64,000 nucleotides of DNA from positions 89,840,001 through 89,904,000 of the forward strand of contig CM052816.1 in assembly GCA_028534125.1 (NCBI GenBank), given 5' to 3'. Positions 1-13,319 of this stretch are shown piece after piece; the first letter of the stretch is position 1; every line of letters starts with the position of its first letter. The notes below the pieces were generated by a model, which made no database searches, had not been told where the DNA came from, and worked only from the letters and a program-made list of their open reading frames with translations. A program made the position numbers and the translations under genes. This stretch comes from Lama glama. Lineage: Eukaryota.

Positions 1-375
1 TAATCTAGTATTCACTCCCCCACACCATTACTTCCCAGAGAAGGTCCTGAGTCACTATAATGTTCCAAGAATCAGAACTATAACAGTTCTGCAAACTTGA
101 GTCTCTCTTGGGTTATACAAAGAACTACTCTTACATCAAAGGTAATGAAAACTAGACGAAGGAGGAAAATGTTGATTTAGTTTAACTCATGATATCTTAA
201 ACTTACCCGACCACTTATCACCTTTTTTTTTCCCTAGGAAACATCTATGAAAATCCATTGTGGCTAGTTTGCTTCAAACATCTTTTGTAAACCTTGGAAT
301 ATGTCGTTCTAAAAGGAAATGAGTCTCAGAAGGAATATCTCAAAACCTGTTGGCCAGTTTCTTTTGTTTTTATTT

Positions 376-402
376 TGTGTGTGTGTTTGTGTGTGTGTGT
401 GT
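376..402. repeat. (TG)n microsatellite, interrupted
   Basis: tgtgtgtgtgtttgtgtgtgtgtgtgt seen directly. Confidence 0.9.
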
Positions 403-1499
403 AATTTCTGGTAATTTGATATACCAGAAATACCTTGGCAGTTTATTCTGATAGTCTAGGAATTTCTATGAGTCTAAAAAGTTCAAATTATGTGTCAACA
501 TGATAATTTATATACTTTGATACAGGCAACACATATGTTACAGAAACATTTTTTTTAAAAATCACAAGCTGTTATCCTAGATAATTAAAATGCTAATATT
601 AATTCAGTCCTTGTCTTTGAAAATGTGTGGACCATTAAGTTCATTGCAAGTTTTCATTTACCAAGAGAAGGCAGAAGAAACATCTGAGTTTACCAAATTA
701 GGACTCTTTTATGGTAGAAATATTGATACAAGGCTTAATCCACTAGGATTAAATCCTGAAACACACGACTCTTCATCGCGCAGGCTGTCAGTCTCAGATG
801 AAAAGACTTGACATCTTATATGCTACTGATGAATGTGTCTCCATCATATTCTTTAAGGCAAAATATAAAACATTGAAATAGCATGTGTCAGCATAGCTTC
901 ATTATAGCCTTCTGGAGGTTGTCAGAAGCATCAGAGCAGGCAACTCATCAAGATGTTTATGACAATCTTTCATACGTTAGGACTGAACACTTACAAGAAC
1001 AACTCCAGTCTGGGAATAGGGAGCTGAGACTTAGTGTTCCCAAGAAATATACTTAAAGTTCTTTGTAAATTCAAGGTTTGAGAACCTTAGATCCAGTAAT
1101 CACTTTTGGTTATTTCCCGTTATATTGACCTCTGTAACACCCAAACAGAACATAGAGATTTCCCCCCAAACTAGATGGTTCTTGTACCCCTTTGGTAAAA
1201 TATGCCAGGTATCTGAGGATATCAAACTAAGACAGGTTAAACAGATGTCTTGGGTATTTATTCTGGCTTGTCCAGGCAAGTAAGTCTGTGGTGACAGCAG
1301 GGATTCAGCTGAAGCAAAGCATTCTAACAATGTGACTTTGAGGTGGCTCTGTGACTCTTACTAACTTGAAACACTTGTATACTAAAATTCTCTGGTTTGG
1401 AAAAATCTGTTCTCCATCATCAGTTTGCTGACTTCCTCAGCTGCAAGTGTGTTACAAAATCACTTTTTAGGTAAGATCTGCCTTCGTCATCTTTACACT

Positions 1500-1810
1500 G
1501 GAAACTTCCACCCTCTCTTGTAGTCCTTAAGCCCCATTACCTAGCTGTGGGTTTTCCATTGCATTTATCACCTATAGGCATAAATTAGTAATTTATCATG
1601 TTCACTGTTTTTATCACCAAAGAGATACTTGTCAGTTTTTGTTTGTTTTTTTTTTTAATTTAGACTTCAAATCTTAGAAGAGTTATGAACCTAAAACTGC
1701 TCTAAAACAATAAAATCTGAATTAAAAAATATATATATATATAAAAACAAAACAGAATAGTGCCTGGTATACGATATGCAGTAAATAAATATGTTACATA
1801 AGTGAAGGAT
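1500..1810 (+). mobile_element. L2 LINE 3' fragment
   Basis: Ends in an L2-tail-like sequence: agaatagtgcctggtatacgatatgcagtaaataaatatgtt. Confidence 0.5.
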
Positions 1811-4800
1811 AATACCATCCTAATAAATGGAATTTTAAAAATAGCTATGGAAATTACTAATGCTGAGATAAAGATCTTTACATTCAATTATTCTAGATAA
1901 GTCTTTTGCCTGCACTATATTTTAACAGCTTCTTGGCCAGGACATCAAAATGCTGTAGTAATTATTCACAAGTCAACTTGATATATCTTATTTGCTTTTA
2001 AGCTTTTTGAGATAAGGGCTTTTATTTATTATTATAATATTTCTGGATCGTGGCCCAGTGTAAGCATTTTGGGGCACAGGGTGGGGCTTGATGGACATTT
2101 CATTTAATCCTCTCTCTTTGACTAACTTGCTTTGTTTCCTTGGGAACATCTTTTCTTCTTCCTGAAAATCAGCACTTCAATCTATACCATTAAGAGAGGT
2201 AGTCACTTAATTCCAAGATGACTTTTCTTTCCTGTACTCTTTGATATTTATCTAGCTATTTTCACTGATAACTAAGACTCCTCTACTGCCTCAGTAGGAC
2301 CAGCTTTGGATCATGCAGCAAACAGCTCTATTTCCATGACAGTAAACAAGGCAGTGTTTTGGTGCGGTCAGTAGGTATTTTTGATAAACTGTAACCATAC
2401 CGGAATAAACATTTGTGCTTACTTATTGGACAGTTCTTTGTCGAGAAGCTTTATGTTTATAAATAATTTATATTTAGAGTTTCACAATGCCTGTTCAATC
2501 AGGGTAGAGAACTTTTTTCTACTTTGTGATGCTGAAGGTAAAATTTATTATTTACTTATTACTGAGAATATCGCTTCTGGGGCTTCTCATCAATGCTGAT
2601 GTTTTATAGCATCTGTCTGCACAGATGCATGTAGAACACAAATTTGATCAATTCATTTGTACATCCTTTATTAAGTACTAGCTTGGGGAAAGTACTCCAC
2701 TGGCTTGTCTCGTGATTGCCCTGTGACAAACAGCTGAATCACTTTACTTCATCTTAGCTGAGCCATATTCACTTTCATAACCTGCTTCCATCAAGTCACC
2801 TATGCTACTTCTTGGGAATTCTTAGTCCTCATAAACACCAAGTATATATTATTTAAACCTCTATTTCTCATAATACAGAAATGATGTGCCATAAATATGA
2901 CTTTGATTCAAATCAAATTTATTTTTTATGTTTAATGTGTATTAATGCAAAGCAAAATAGATATTATGCCATATATTATTTTTAAATGTGTATCCATGAT
3001 TTATAACTCTTTGACCAGGAAATAACAAACATTAGTGTACCATCATCTTAAATTCAAAAGATAAGTTGTTGAAGGCTAGAGTTACAGTGGGTTCTGAGAG
3101 ATTAATGGCTTGATTGACTCATTCAAATCTTACTGCCTAATGGAGGAGACATATGAAAAATTGCAACACACTGTGATATGCAGTAAAAAAAGTAGAAAGC
3201 ATAAAATATTAGAAGAGAGTAAAAGAAACACACATCACCTGCGTAGACAGAAATGTAGAAGTTTTCCTGAAGCAATGAAGATGAGGGAAGAGAAGAAGCC
3301 AGACTCACTGAGCCTGAAAGGGCAGTCAGGATTAGCCTGGTAAGAACTCTTTACTCACAGATATAGTCTATTCAGAGATAAATCACGGTTCATTTAACTT
3401 CTATTTTTAAATCACTCAAATAAAAATTCACGGTTATATTAAATATATAAGTAATTATGTATAAAAAAAACTATTCAAGACAGTGTCCTTGTTGCTTCCA
3501 CATTTGTTGGTGTAAGTCAGCTAACATTAGAATGACAAACATGACAACGACAATTTGGAGTCTAAACAGGAAGATGTGAAAGGGAAGAGGTTATTATTAT
3601 ACCAGGCTATAATTAGTGTCATAACTGTTTTTGCCAGAAGCATTTCGCCAATCATTATGGCGTTTTTGACAAAGTACCAATAGTGATGGCTCAATTAGCT
3701 ATACAAAGTGTGACTCAATGCATTTATGTTGTGGGAATGTGTCATATAAAGTACAGAGATAGTTCAAAAAGATATTAACTGATGTGAGATGTAATTGTCC
3801 AGTGCTTAAACTGCTCTGTAAAGTTGTCTTACGTGATCTGGAGCCCAGCCATTGTAGAACATTCCAACTATTACTTTCAATTTAGACCATCAGCTTTGGT
3901 CCATTTACCAAGATGTAGAATCAGAGCAGTTGATTCTTCTGAACCACTGCCAGTTACACCCCATCTAGTTTCTACAGGCCCTGTGCCTTCAGCTGAGTGT
4001 TATTTTTGGACTTCAACAAGAATGGCGCTACCATCAATTGAAAAGGCATAGGTTTAGAATGAGGCTCATAATTTGAAGGGCGGAAATTGCTCACTCAGGT
4101 AAGAAGTAACCCTTTAGTAAATTACAGATAGAATCCAATTCTCATAAAGGCCACCAGAGTATGTAACACCTCATAACAAGGTCATTTTTCAGTTTTGCAT
4201 GACATCTCTTAGACGCATTATGTGTGGACATGAATGATGTATTTTCAGCAACAAACATTTTCACGTCTGTATCAGTTTATGATCCATCTATTTAATAACT
4301 ATGCTGTATTTTCTATGTAACACAGTACACACTAAATTTATTATAATCTTTGTATCTTGCTAGGTAGTTATGATAATCTGTGGCATAATTTACAAACAGA
4401 TTGAGAGGAGCAGCTTATATAGAACATATAATATTTAGTATGATTTAAAATTTATATACCCTAGAAATTATTTTTCTTTTTTAGGATTAGATGGTATTGG
4501 CTAAAACAATTATATCATTCTTAGATGAACTCAAGTGACGTTTTAAACATTTCATTCCAATGATATGACATTTTAGTCATTGTAATGTATATGTATATTT
4601 TAAATATATATGCATTTATTATATACTTGCAAATATATATACACTTACTAAACAAAAAAATCAGAGGGAAATGAAGAATGTTAAAACAATTTATTTATAG
4701 CTTATCAACTATTAGTCATCAGACTTAATATTTTATTTATTTTTAGAATAATGCCATGCTTTAATAGTAGAATTTTGCATATATTTAAGAAGGTAGAAAA

Positions 4801-5529
4801 TATGTGCACATGTCAATTAATAATGTAATTGGTGACTGTATAATAACTGTCAACTATTTAGATTCTGAATCCCCAGTCTGTCTTTCTTTACTGCTGTCAG
4901 GAGGAAATGCTCCACAAATATTTTCATGTTTCTGCACAGTCAGAGCTTTCTGAGTTTATGGAAAGAAGTATTAACTTGATCCACCAAAGACACAATATCT
5001 ACCCAGAATCTGCAAACAGAGCCACTTTTTAGTGACTTTGAAATTGTCTGCTCTCATCTACCATGATCTGATTTTGAGGAATCATTCTAGTAGATTGAGT
5101 GGAGCTATGAATGGGCTCACCACCCACTGCATCATTTAGATCTCTAATACTGCTGCTGAGAGGAATTTATACTGTACCCCTGGAATGAAAGATGATACTG
5201 CCCCTCTCATCAGCACATCATAGATCATTTTGGCAAACAGAATGACCTCTAGACCCTCCTACAGAACAAAGCCAATGTTCCAAAGTTGTTTTTTCTGGAC
5301 TTATTTAATATCTCTGCCCCATCATTCCCTTAGATTTTTGCTGACCAGTTAGAGGAGATGAGAAGAGAGGAGAGAAGACATAAAATAAGGAATGTAAAAG
5401 GGGACTTTATTATCAATCAAGCAGATAATAATATTAATAGGATAATAATATAATTTCATGTACATTTTAACATTTTGGGGGAAAATCTATATGAAATGGA
5501 AGTGCTTCTTGAAACATATTTTATCAGTA

Positions 5530-6540
5530 CTGACAAGAAATAATCTGAATAGTTCTATATCTGCTAATATAAAGGAACCCTTAATTTAAACCTTCCCACA
5601 AAAAAAACTTCAGGATCCAACTGATTAATTGGCAATTTTTCAAAACTTTTAGGGGGAAATAATGTGATTTTATACTAACTCTTCTAGAAAATAGAGGGAA
5701 AATGTTATACTTCCCGATTCATTTTATGGGGTCCGAATAAGCTTGACACCAAAATTTACAAAGGATTTTACAAAAAAGACATTCACAGACTGATAACATA
5801 AAAATAGACACAAACATTCTAAACAAAATAACAAATAAGATCTGGTAATATAAAAAACAAATAATAAATGTGATTTTTTTCCAGAATGCAATTTTTTTCT
5901 ATTTAAAATCAATTAATACAACCAGTCACATTAACAAGGAAATGAGAACAAATATACAATTATGATTATCTGAAGAGATTTTTTTATTTTCAATAAAATA
6001 TTTGAACATTTGATAAAATTCAAGAATTAGTAATGTTAATCAATACCATCAAAATGGGAGTAAAAGATATTATTTTCAACTGATACAGCCTATCTACCAA
6101 AATTCTATACTTAGAATCCCGCTAGTGATGAAATATTGAATGCTTTCCCTGTGATGTCATTATAAAGATTAGCATAACAACCAGCATAACTTCTACAAAC
6201 ATTTTACAAGTTCCTCACCAATATGACAGAGAGAAAATATAGATTTAGGATTGCAAAGAAAAAATTAGACTTATTGTCAGATGATATAATCATATAAATA
6301 GAACATTTTTTTAATTACAAATGCTTAATTTACTAAATAAGTTTAACAAGATCTCTGCATAAAATTCAACAAATTTCAACTATAGTGGAGAAACTAAGGA
6401 ACTGTCTGGAGTGATTTAAATCCTCTGTATTTTAGAGCCAGTGCTTACAAGAGCATGTGTGTTTGTCAAAACACATCAAGATATTTAAGATATGAATTTT
6501 GTTATTTGTACACTAAACATAAATAAAGTTGACTTGGGAA
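5530..6540 (+). mobile_element. Old L1 (L1M/L1ME-type) ORF2 fragments plus 3' end
   Basis: Decayed ORF2-like text (ccttcccacaaaaaaaacttcaggatcca...cttcccgattcattttatggg...ttgataaaattcaa); A-rich + strand. Confidence 0.75.
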
Positions 6541-6789
6541 AAGAAATACAATGACTAACTGCAATATGTTAACTTTAATTTTAGTCCCCAAAACTGCTAA
6601 GAGATAGCATTATTTTAATTTAGATAATGTATATATGGAGATTGGTGTACTATTCACAGGCTAGTTCTTTATGACTAATTATTTTAAATTATGTCTCCAG
6701 TGTTAATTTGTAAGGGGACAAATGTTTAGCATATTTAAACTTATGTAACTTAAACATATTTTCCCACTAAAAATCCTAAACATTATTGT

Positions 6790-6910
6790 TGCTGTTTAGT
6801 TCAACAAACATTTATGGGACCACTACATGACACTAGATAAAGTTCCAAGAGCCAGGTATCTCACACTGAATAAGACAAAATTCTGTCCTCAAGCATGTAT
6901 AAGGTAACAG
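6790..6910 (-). mobile_element. L2 3' fragment
   Basis: ttcaacaaacatttatgggaccactacatgacactag...aataagacaaaattctgtcctcaag. Confidence 0.6.
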
Positions 6911-6939
6911 GACAATTTATAATTTTTAAAATTAATTAC

Positions 6940-7300
6940 TTTTTTATTATGATAAGAACACTTAACATGAGATCTACCCTCTTAAATTTTGAAGTATACA
7001 ATACAGTATTAATAAATATAGCGCCAAGTTGTATGGCAGAACACCAAAATGTATGTATCTTGCATAACTGAAATTTTACACCTATTGAAAACAACTCTGC
7101 ATTCCCATTGCCTCCTCCAGCCCCTGGCAACCACAATTCTACTCTCTTTTTGACTATTTTAGATACTTCATAGACGTGGAATCACGCAGTATTTGTCTTT
7201 CTGTGTCTGGCTTATCACACTTAGCACAATGTCTTCTGAGTTTATACATGTTGTTGCATTTAGAAGGATTTCCTTCTGTTTTCAGGCTGAATAATATTCA
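6940..7300 (-). mobile_element. L1MA-type (L1MA7-9-like) 3' end
   Basis: aagaacacttaacatgagatctaccctcttaa...cagcccctggcaaccac...tggaatcacgcagtatttgtctttctgtgtctggctt. Confidence 0.85.
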
Positions 7301-7844
7301 CACAGCAATCCTCTTTTGCACCCTCAACCTTTGCCTCAAGACAGAAGACTCCAAGAGATCCAGGAACAGTTACCCTCCATAATTTCATGCATATTTTACA
7401 TGGCACCATAGCACAAATTTCTCCTCCTTGATCATACTGCAGTCTTTGTTTCCCTGTTTACCATTTCACAGGAGCTGGAAGTGTAAGTCCTGGTCTCAAG
7501 GCAACACCTAGCAGTTGCTAGTCCTCCTAATGAAGGATCAGACCCCAGCTGCGGCAGCTCCAGTGTGAGTCCAGGGTTCAGATTTGGCTTGTGCCTTTCC
7601 CAGTTCCTGTCTTTCAAAGAAAAGCCGGCTCTTCGCTATTCATGAAGGGTTTGGGAGAGAGTTTGAAATCTCTCAATGCATTGTTCAGTGTTACATTCTG
7701 GAAGGCGTTTATCTTTGGCTCAAAAGCTTTTTATGTAAAAGTATAACTAATGAAATTATTCACTGTTAGTCATGCCTTCTTTTGAAATGATCCCTGAATA
7801 ACAATAATAGTAATTATAATAATAGTATTTATAATAATCATAAT

Positions 7845-8040
7845 AATATTAGCTAATACTTATTGATTATTATCTATGTATCATGCACTGGACCAAATTC
7901 TAAGCATCTGTTAACTCGTCTCACTGATGAAGTATTTGAGGCATAGAGGTTTTTTATTTCACAAGGTCATAGAGCAAGTGAATTTTGGAACTGGAGTATA
8001 TTCAGAGCCTTCTGACTCTAAAGACAGGCCTCCTAAATGC
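7845..8040 (-). mobile_element. MIR SINE
   Basis: Core-like gaggcatagagg...caaggtcatagagcaagtg...ctgactctaaag. Confidence 0.7.
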
Positions 8041-8249
8041 AATAGTCTAAGTTCTCTCTAGGTTAATAATCTGTTCTCATGCTAAAGGAATAGCCATTAA
8101 TTCTCATCTTGTTAGGTAATTGGTACTGAACTTTGCTGAAGATCTTTTTGCCATTTACAGGAATGATAATTATGTTTAATATGCATTAGTATGGTGAATT
8201 ATTAATGAATTTTCTGCAATGCTGTATGAGAGGAGAGGGAAAGACAGAT

Positions 8250-9170
8250 GTAAAGAAAGATCCCTTCTCAATAAATATAGAAGAAATCATAGAAGAGAAA
8301 ATAATACTGAATTCTCAATGAAGTAATTGATTCTGTCAAGGATCCTTAATTCATGCTAAAATACTTGGTGAACATTTGTTGTTTGGAGAGGATCTAGACC
8401 TCTAGAGCATTCATAGCAATTATCACTTCTTCTTTATGGAAAAGAAGAGGTGATTTTATGATAAAGAGGTTCACAAAAACCACCTAAACCAAGTGATTTG
8501 ATTTGGAAAAATGACCATGTTTATCTATTTAATTTTGCATTGGAAATTAAACTACACAAGCTCTATGTATTTTTGAAAAGAAGATCTTAAGCTGAATCAA
8601 ATTGAGTGGGAGCAATTAGATAAATCCCAGTAGTAGGAATACTAGTAAATAAATAGCCCAGATTGTTCCAATACATTAATGACCTGAAAAGCAAAACAAG
8701 AAAAAAAGAGGATTTTGATTAAAGAAATTAAAGAAACATAAAAACTCAGTGCAATCTATAATTCTTGATTAGTCCTTAGTTGTTTTGTTTTTGTTTTTAA
8801 TCCATGAAGGACATTTGGGGACAATTAGGAAAATCTGATTATGGATTGTAAATTGGGTAATGTTACTGTATTGATGATAAGTACTTGGGATATGGTATTA
8901 GTATTGTGGTTATGGAGGGATAAAACTATTGTTCTTAGGAACTGCATGCTGAAGTGTTTGGAGGTAAGAGGCCATGACCATTGTAACTTAATAGCAGATT
9001 ACTTAGGGAATAAAACCTCTATATATGCGTGTGTGTTTGGAGACAGAGACAGAGAGAGAGCAAATGAGGAAATACATTGATGGGTGAATAGTATGTTGGA
9101 ATATAGTGTATAATTCTTTCAAATTTTCTATATGTTTACAGTTTTCATGATAACTTGAAATTAAAAAATT
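8250..9170 (+). mobile_element. L1MC/L1ME-type 3' UTR
   Basis: ggacatttggggacaattaggaaaatctgattatggattg...gtattgtggttatg...tgctgaagtgtttggaggt. Confidence 0.7.
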
Positions 9171-10020
9171 ACACATTTATAAGAGCAATAACAACAAAGA
9201 AAAAACTCAATCTTTGAAAACCTTTTTTTGTTGTGGTGGTGATATTATAGTAAATATTCAATAAATATTTTGTAAAACCACATGCTTGGATCAATGTTTA
9301 AATTTTTCCTAGCATTTTGCTTCTCTCCTTTCTTTCCTTCATTCTTTGCCTTAAGGACTTGTTTTTTCCTTCTCTGCTGAAATAGCTTACCCCTCCGCTG
9401 AAATCTATTATCCCCAAATGAATTCAAATAGTTTATTTTTTTTTTCAACAAAGTTATAGTAACTTGATTTGTAGCTACATGTAAATGTGTGGTAATGTTC
9501 AAACTTACAGAAGACATTTCCTCATCTCTTAATAGCATCAAGAAAGCTCTAAAAGAGGGCTATTTTCAGTCCTCTTTATGTAATAGGATGCTAGCTTTCC
9601 ATCACACTTCAATAGCCTTCATAGTGGGTAGCATTTAGTTAGAAGTCAGGCCGAAAAATAAAGCCTCAAAAAATGTGTATTTACACAAACTTGTTTTATA
9701 TGTTACTATATTCAGAGAATGTATATTATTGCCTAGGTGTACATAAGTATATACCCACCGTAAAATACACCTTTCAGGGGATCACAGTGAGCAGAAGTTC
9801 TTAGTTCTGTATTTGTCATCATGCACTTTTATAAAGTGAATGCTCTAATGTTACTGGTAGGAAGGTGGTGTGCTTCTAAACCATAGGTGATGGTGCCATT
9901 CAGCAGTGACTTTTAACTTCCAAAATTAATGAGTTGGCAGACATTTTATGTTTAAAGGTGTTCCCTGCAAACTGGGTAATTAGAAAACTGATTAGTTATG
10001 CAAAAATATTTTTATCACTG

Positions 10021-10508
10021 TGTGAATGAAAAATGATTCCTCCACACCAGTTAACAAAGGATGGTGCAGCCATCAAGCTGCCTCCAGCAGTGAGCCCTGA
10101 GGAAACTCAGGATGGAGACAAATGGGCCAACCACCCCCACGGTGCAGCCAGAGGGTGCTCAGGATGGGAAAGAACAGGATCCAGGCCCCAGGTGGCAAAG
10201 GTGCAGATCAAAGGGATGATTTCAGTGAGGCCAGACTCTTGCATCTTTCCCATACGTAGAAAAGCTTTCAGTTCTTTAACTTGAGATATCTGGTTTTCTT
10301 TAATTAACAGTTATCTTTTGATGTTCCAACTACCTGGTCTTTGTTGCAAAAGCTTCTATATACTGGCTCCTCCCTTACCTCTTTGGAGCAGTCCCGTAGT
10401 GTTATCTGAGAGGCTATCTCTCTGGCTGGAAGTCTTCAGAAAACCCACCAAATAAAAGGTAACTTTCAATTTTTACATTGTGCAAATTTTATCTTTTTTC
10501 AGTTGACA
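10021..10508 (+). mobile_element. ERV1-class solo LTR (488 bp)
   Basis: TG...CA termini; perfect 4-bp TSD ACTG (10017-10020 and 10509-10512); TATA-like tatata near 10357; AATAAA near 10451. Confidence 0.88.
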
Positions 10509-10605
10509 ACTGTATAAAAATTTAGATAAAGGGGATTGAGTATTTACAAAGAAGGCTTATTTAGGAAACACTGAAATAGAGTAGAGTGAAATCTTTGTAG
10601 AGCCA

Positions 10606-11510
10606 TCTATCAGTTTTGTATTGCTGCTTAACAAAGTGTCACACGCTTAGAAGATTAAAACAACATGAATTCATCAACAGGTTTTCCAAGAGTAAACTTC
10701 CAGGCACTTGCCAGCTTGAGATCTCTCAGGATGAAATCAAGGTACCAGACTGATGCAAGAAAACAGATGTGGGGCGTGAGGAGGGCCGTGTGTGTCCCAG
10801 GCTTCGACTGAGCCCCTGGGACATGCCCCGCCAAGTGGGGTCCTTGGCTTCGCGCAGGAAACAATTCAAGAACGAGCCACAATTGAGTGAAGGTAGATTT
10901 ATTCAGAGAGATACACGGAAAGGCAAGAGAAAAGCCATGAGTTGTGGGGGTTGGGTGCTCAGATTAAAAGTAGGTACACACTCCATAGACAGAGTGCAGG
11001 CCATCTCGGAACAGAGGAAGAGAGAGAGGGGGCGGCCGCAAGGCACAGTGTTGCCAGTTTTTATGGGCTTTGGTAGCTTCATATGCTAATAAGTGGAAGG
11101 ACCAGTCTAAGTAGCCTGGGGAAGGGGCTGGGATTCGCAGGATGTTGGCCATTTCCCACTTTGACCTTTTGTGGCTAGCCTTGGGGCTGCCATGGGCCTG
11201 TGGGCATGTTATTCACTGTGTTAATATAGTACAATGAGCGTCTAATGAAGCTCGAGATCTACTAGAAGTTAAATCTCTTATCATCCTGAGCCTTAAGGCC
11301 TACTGGGGGTTGAATCTTTCACCATTTTGATGTTAATTGCTGCAGCATTCCTTGAATGGCTGTGCCCTGCCCCTTCCTGTCTCAGGACAAAGGTTGAAAT
11401 TTCATTCGAGGCGCTCAGGATCTTTTTTACATACATGTGGCTGTTGGCAGAATGCATTTCCCTGCGTATAGCTGCTGTGTCTAGAGGCTGTGTCTTCAAG
11501 GCCAGAGCAA
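10606..11510 (-). mobile_element. MaLR MLT1 LTR, split by a younger LTR (pieces 10606-10750 and 11385-11510)
   Basis: tcagttttgtattgctgcttaacaaag...ttaaaacaaca...gaaatcaagg, resuming as gtggctgttggcagaatgcatttccctgcg...tcttcaaggccag. Confidence 0.75.
10751..11384 (-). mobile_element. ERV1-class solo LTR (634 bp) nested in MLT1
   Basis: TGA...TCA termini; flanks agac/ggac (4-bp TSD, 1 mismatch); tttatt near 10898 is AATAAA on -; many CpGs retained. Confidence 0.85.
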
Positions 11511-12299
11511 ATTGACTAAAATTTAGTGTGTAGCAGCTCATGTTGCCCCTTCGACTTCATTTACTATTCTTTTCCAAACTCACTGCATTCCTGTTGCATC
11601 AGTTGGCTTCCCTTCTGTTCCTGGAGGGTGGAGGGGTGGGAAATGCTCTCTAGACTGGGGGAATCCATATTTCTATTCTTGCTGGAATACACTCCAATAC
11701 CAACATGTCTCTGAACAATGAGAAATAATTAAACATGTTAAGAGTGCTACATGGTAAGTTTTATATCACCCTTAAAATTAGGTTTAAAGATATTGCAATA
11801 ACAACAAAGAACAAAAAAGAAAATCACAATGATACAACATTTTAGAAAAAAAATCTAGATTGCATAGTCAAAATGGGAATTAATATTTCAAATTTTCTTC
11901 AAAAGGATTAAAATAATCACAGTTTAAAATTAGGTGATTATTTTAATAGCGGGTTTATAGTGATATAATTTCTTTGTTCAAATTTTTAAATTATGATAAT
12001 TTTGTGGAGAGAAACCAACCAAGTAAGCTCTTTTTAAATAAAAATAAAATAAAAACAGAGACTCATGCTATCCAGGTCAAGGTAAAAGGAAGTAAAACTG
12101 CATCCAAGTTGATAACATCAAATTAAAGGAAACATCTCTAGATCACCTCTGAATATTGTGAACAGACAAAAATTTCTTAGTAATCAGGATGTTTTTGAAA
12201 ACATGGATGTAGTTATGGAGCAACATTCATCTTTTTTAAATGATCAAAGACTCTAATTAATTACTTAAACACGGCTTAGGTTAACAGCATCTTTTAGTT

Positions 12300-12399
12300 G
12301 AGCCTTGTACATGGCTCCTGTGTTCTCCAGGTTCCCATGAATGCCCCCATAATCTGCACCTTCAGGCACAAGGGTATCTGCAGGGGGCACATCACTGAG
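12300..12399 (+). mobile_element. Camelid-type young L1 3' UTR fragment abutting the gap
   Basis: ctgtgttctccaggttcccatgaatgcccccata...ttcaggcacaa resembles the camelid L1 3' UTR as I recall it. Confidence 0.55.
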
Positions 12400-12899
12400 N
12401 NNNNNNNNNNNNNNNNNNNNNNNNNNNNNNNNNNNNNNNNNNNNNNNNNNNNNNNNNNNNNNNNNNNNNNNNNNNNNNNNNNNNNNNNNNNNNNNNNNNN
12501 NNNNNNNNNNNNNNNNNNNNNNNNNNNNNNNNNNNNNNNNNNNNNNNNNNNNNNNNNNNNNNNNNNNNNNNNNNNNNNNNNNNNNNNNNNNNNNNNNNNN
12601 NNNNNNNNNNNNNNNNNNNNNNNNNNNNNNNNNNNNNNNNNNNNNNNNNNNNNNNNNNNNNNNNNNNNNNNNNNNNNNNNNNNNNNNNNNNNNNNNNNNN
12701 NNNNNNNNNNNNNNNNNNNNNNNNNNNNNNNNNNNNNNNNNNNNNNNNNNNNNNNNNNNNNNNNNNNNNNNNNNNNNNNNNNNNNNNNNNNNNNNNNNNN
12801 NNNNNNNNNNNNNNNNNNNNNNNNNNNNNNNNNNNNNNNNNNNNNNNNNNNNNNNNNNNNNNNNNNNNNNNNNNNNNNNNNNNNNNNNNNNNNNNNNNN
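12400..12899. other. Assembly gap (500 N)
   Basis: Run of exactly 500 N. Confidence 1.
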
Positions 12900-13038
12900 G
12901 TTATGATAAATCACAGAGAAAAAAATGTGACAATGAGTGTGTATATGTCCATGAATGACTGAAAAATTGTGCTGAACACTGGAATTTGACACAACATTGT
13001 AAAATGATTATAAATCAATAAAAAATGTTAAAAAAAAG
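12900..13038 (+). mobile_element. Camelid-type young L1 3' terminus with poly(A)
   Basis: gtatatgtccatgaatgactgaaaaattgtgctgaacactggaatttgacacaacattgtaaaatgattataaatcaataaaaaatgttaaaaaaaa. Confidence 0.8.
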
Positions 13039-13319
13039 AATTGCCTCACTATGAAAATGACTTGATGAAAAATGGAAGACTTTCATGACTTTATGCTACA
13101 TTTAAATAACTAACTCAAATTTTACTAATAGAATTTTCATGAAATATTCAGTGTGTGCTCTTCTATGCTATGACTTTCTGACATTTCAAGGTATTAATGA
13201 GTATATGTAATATTTGACCTCCCTTCACAGTTTAAATAAAGATAACTCAATTAATTTTCATTATAATCAATACATTTGTTGTTGACCAAAATAGAGTTGC
13301 CTTTATGTATACCACTTGA

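Noticed and set aside
12294..12992. Long ORFs (232 and 202 aa) in the ORF track
   Set aside because: Artefacts of reading through the 500-N gap.
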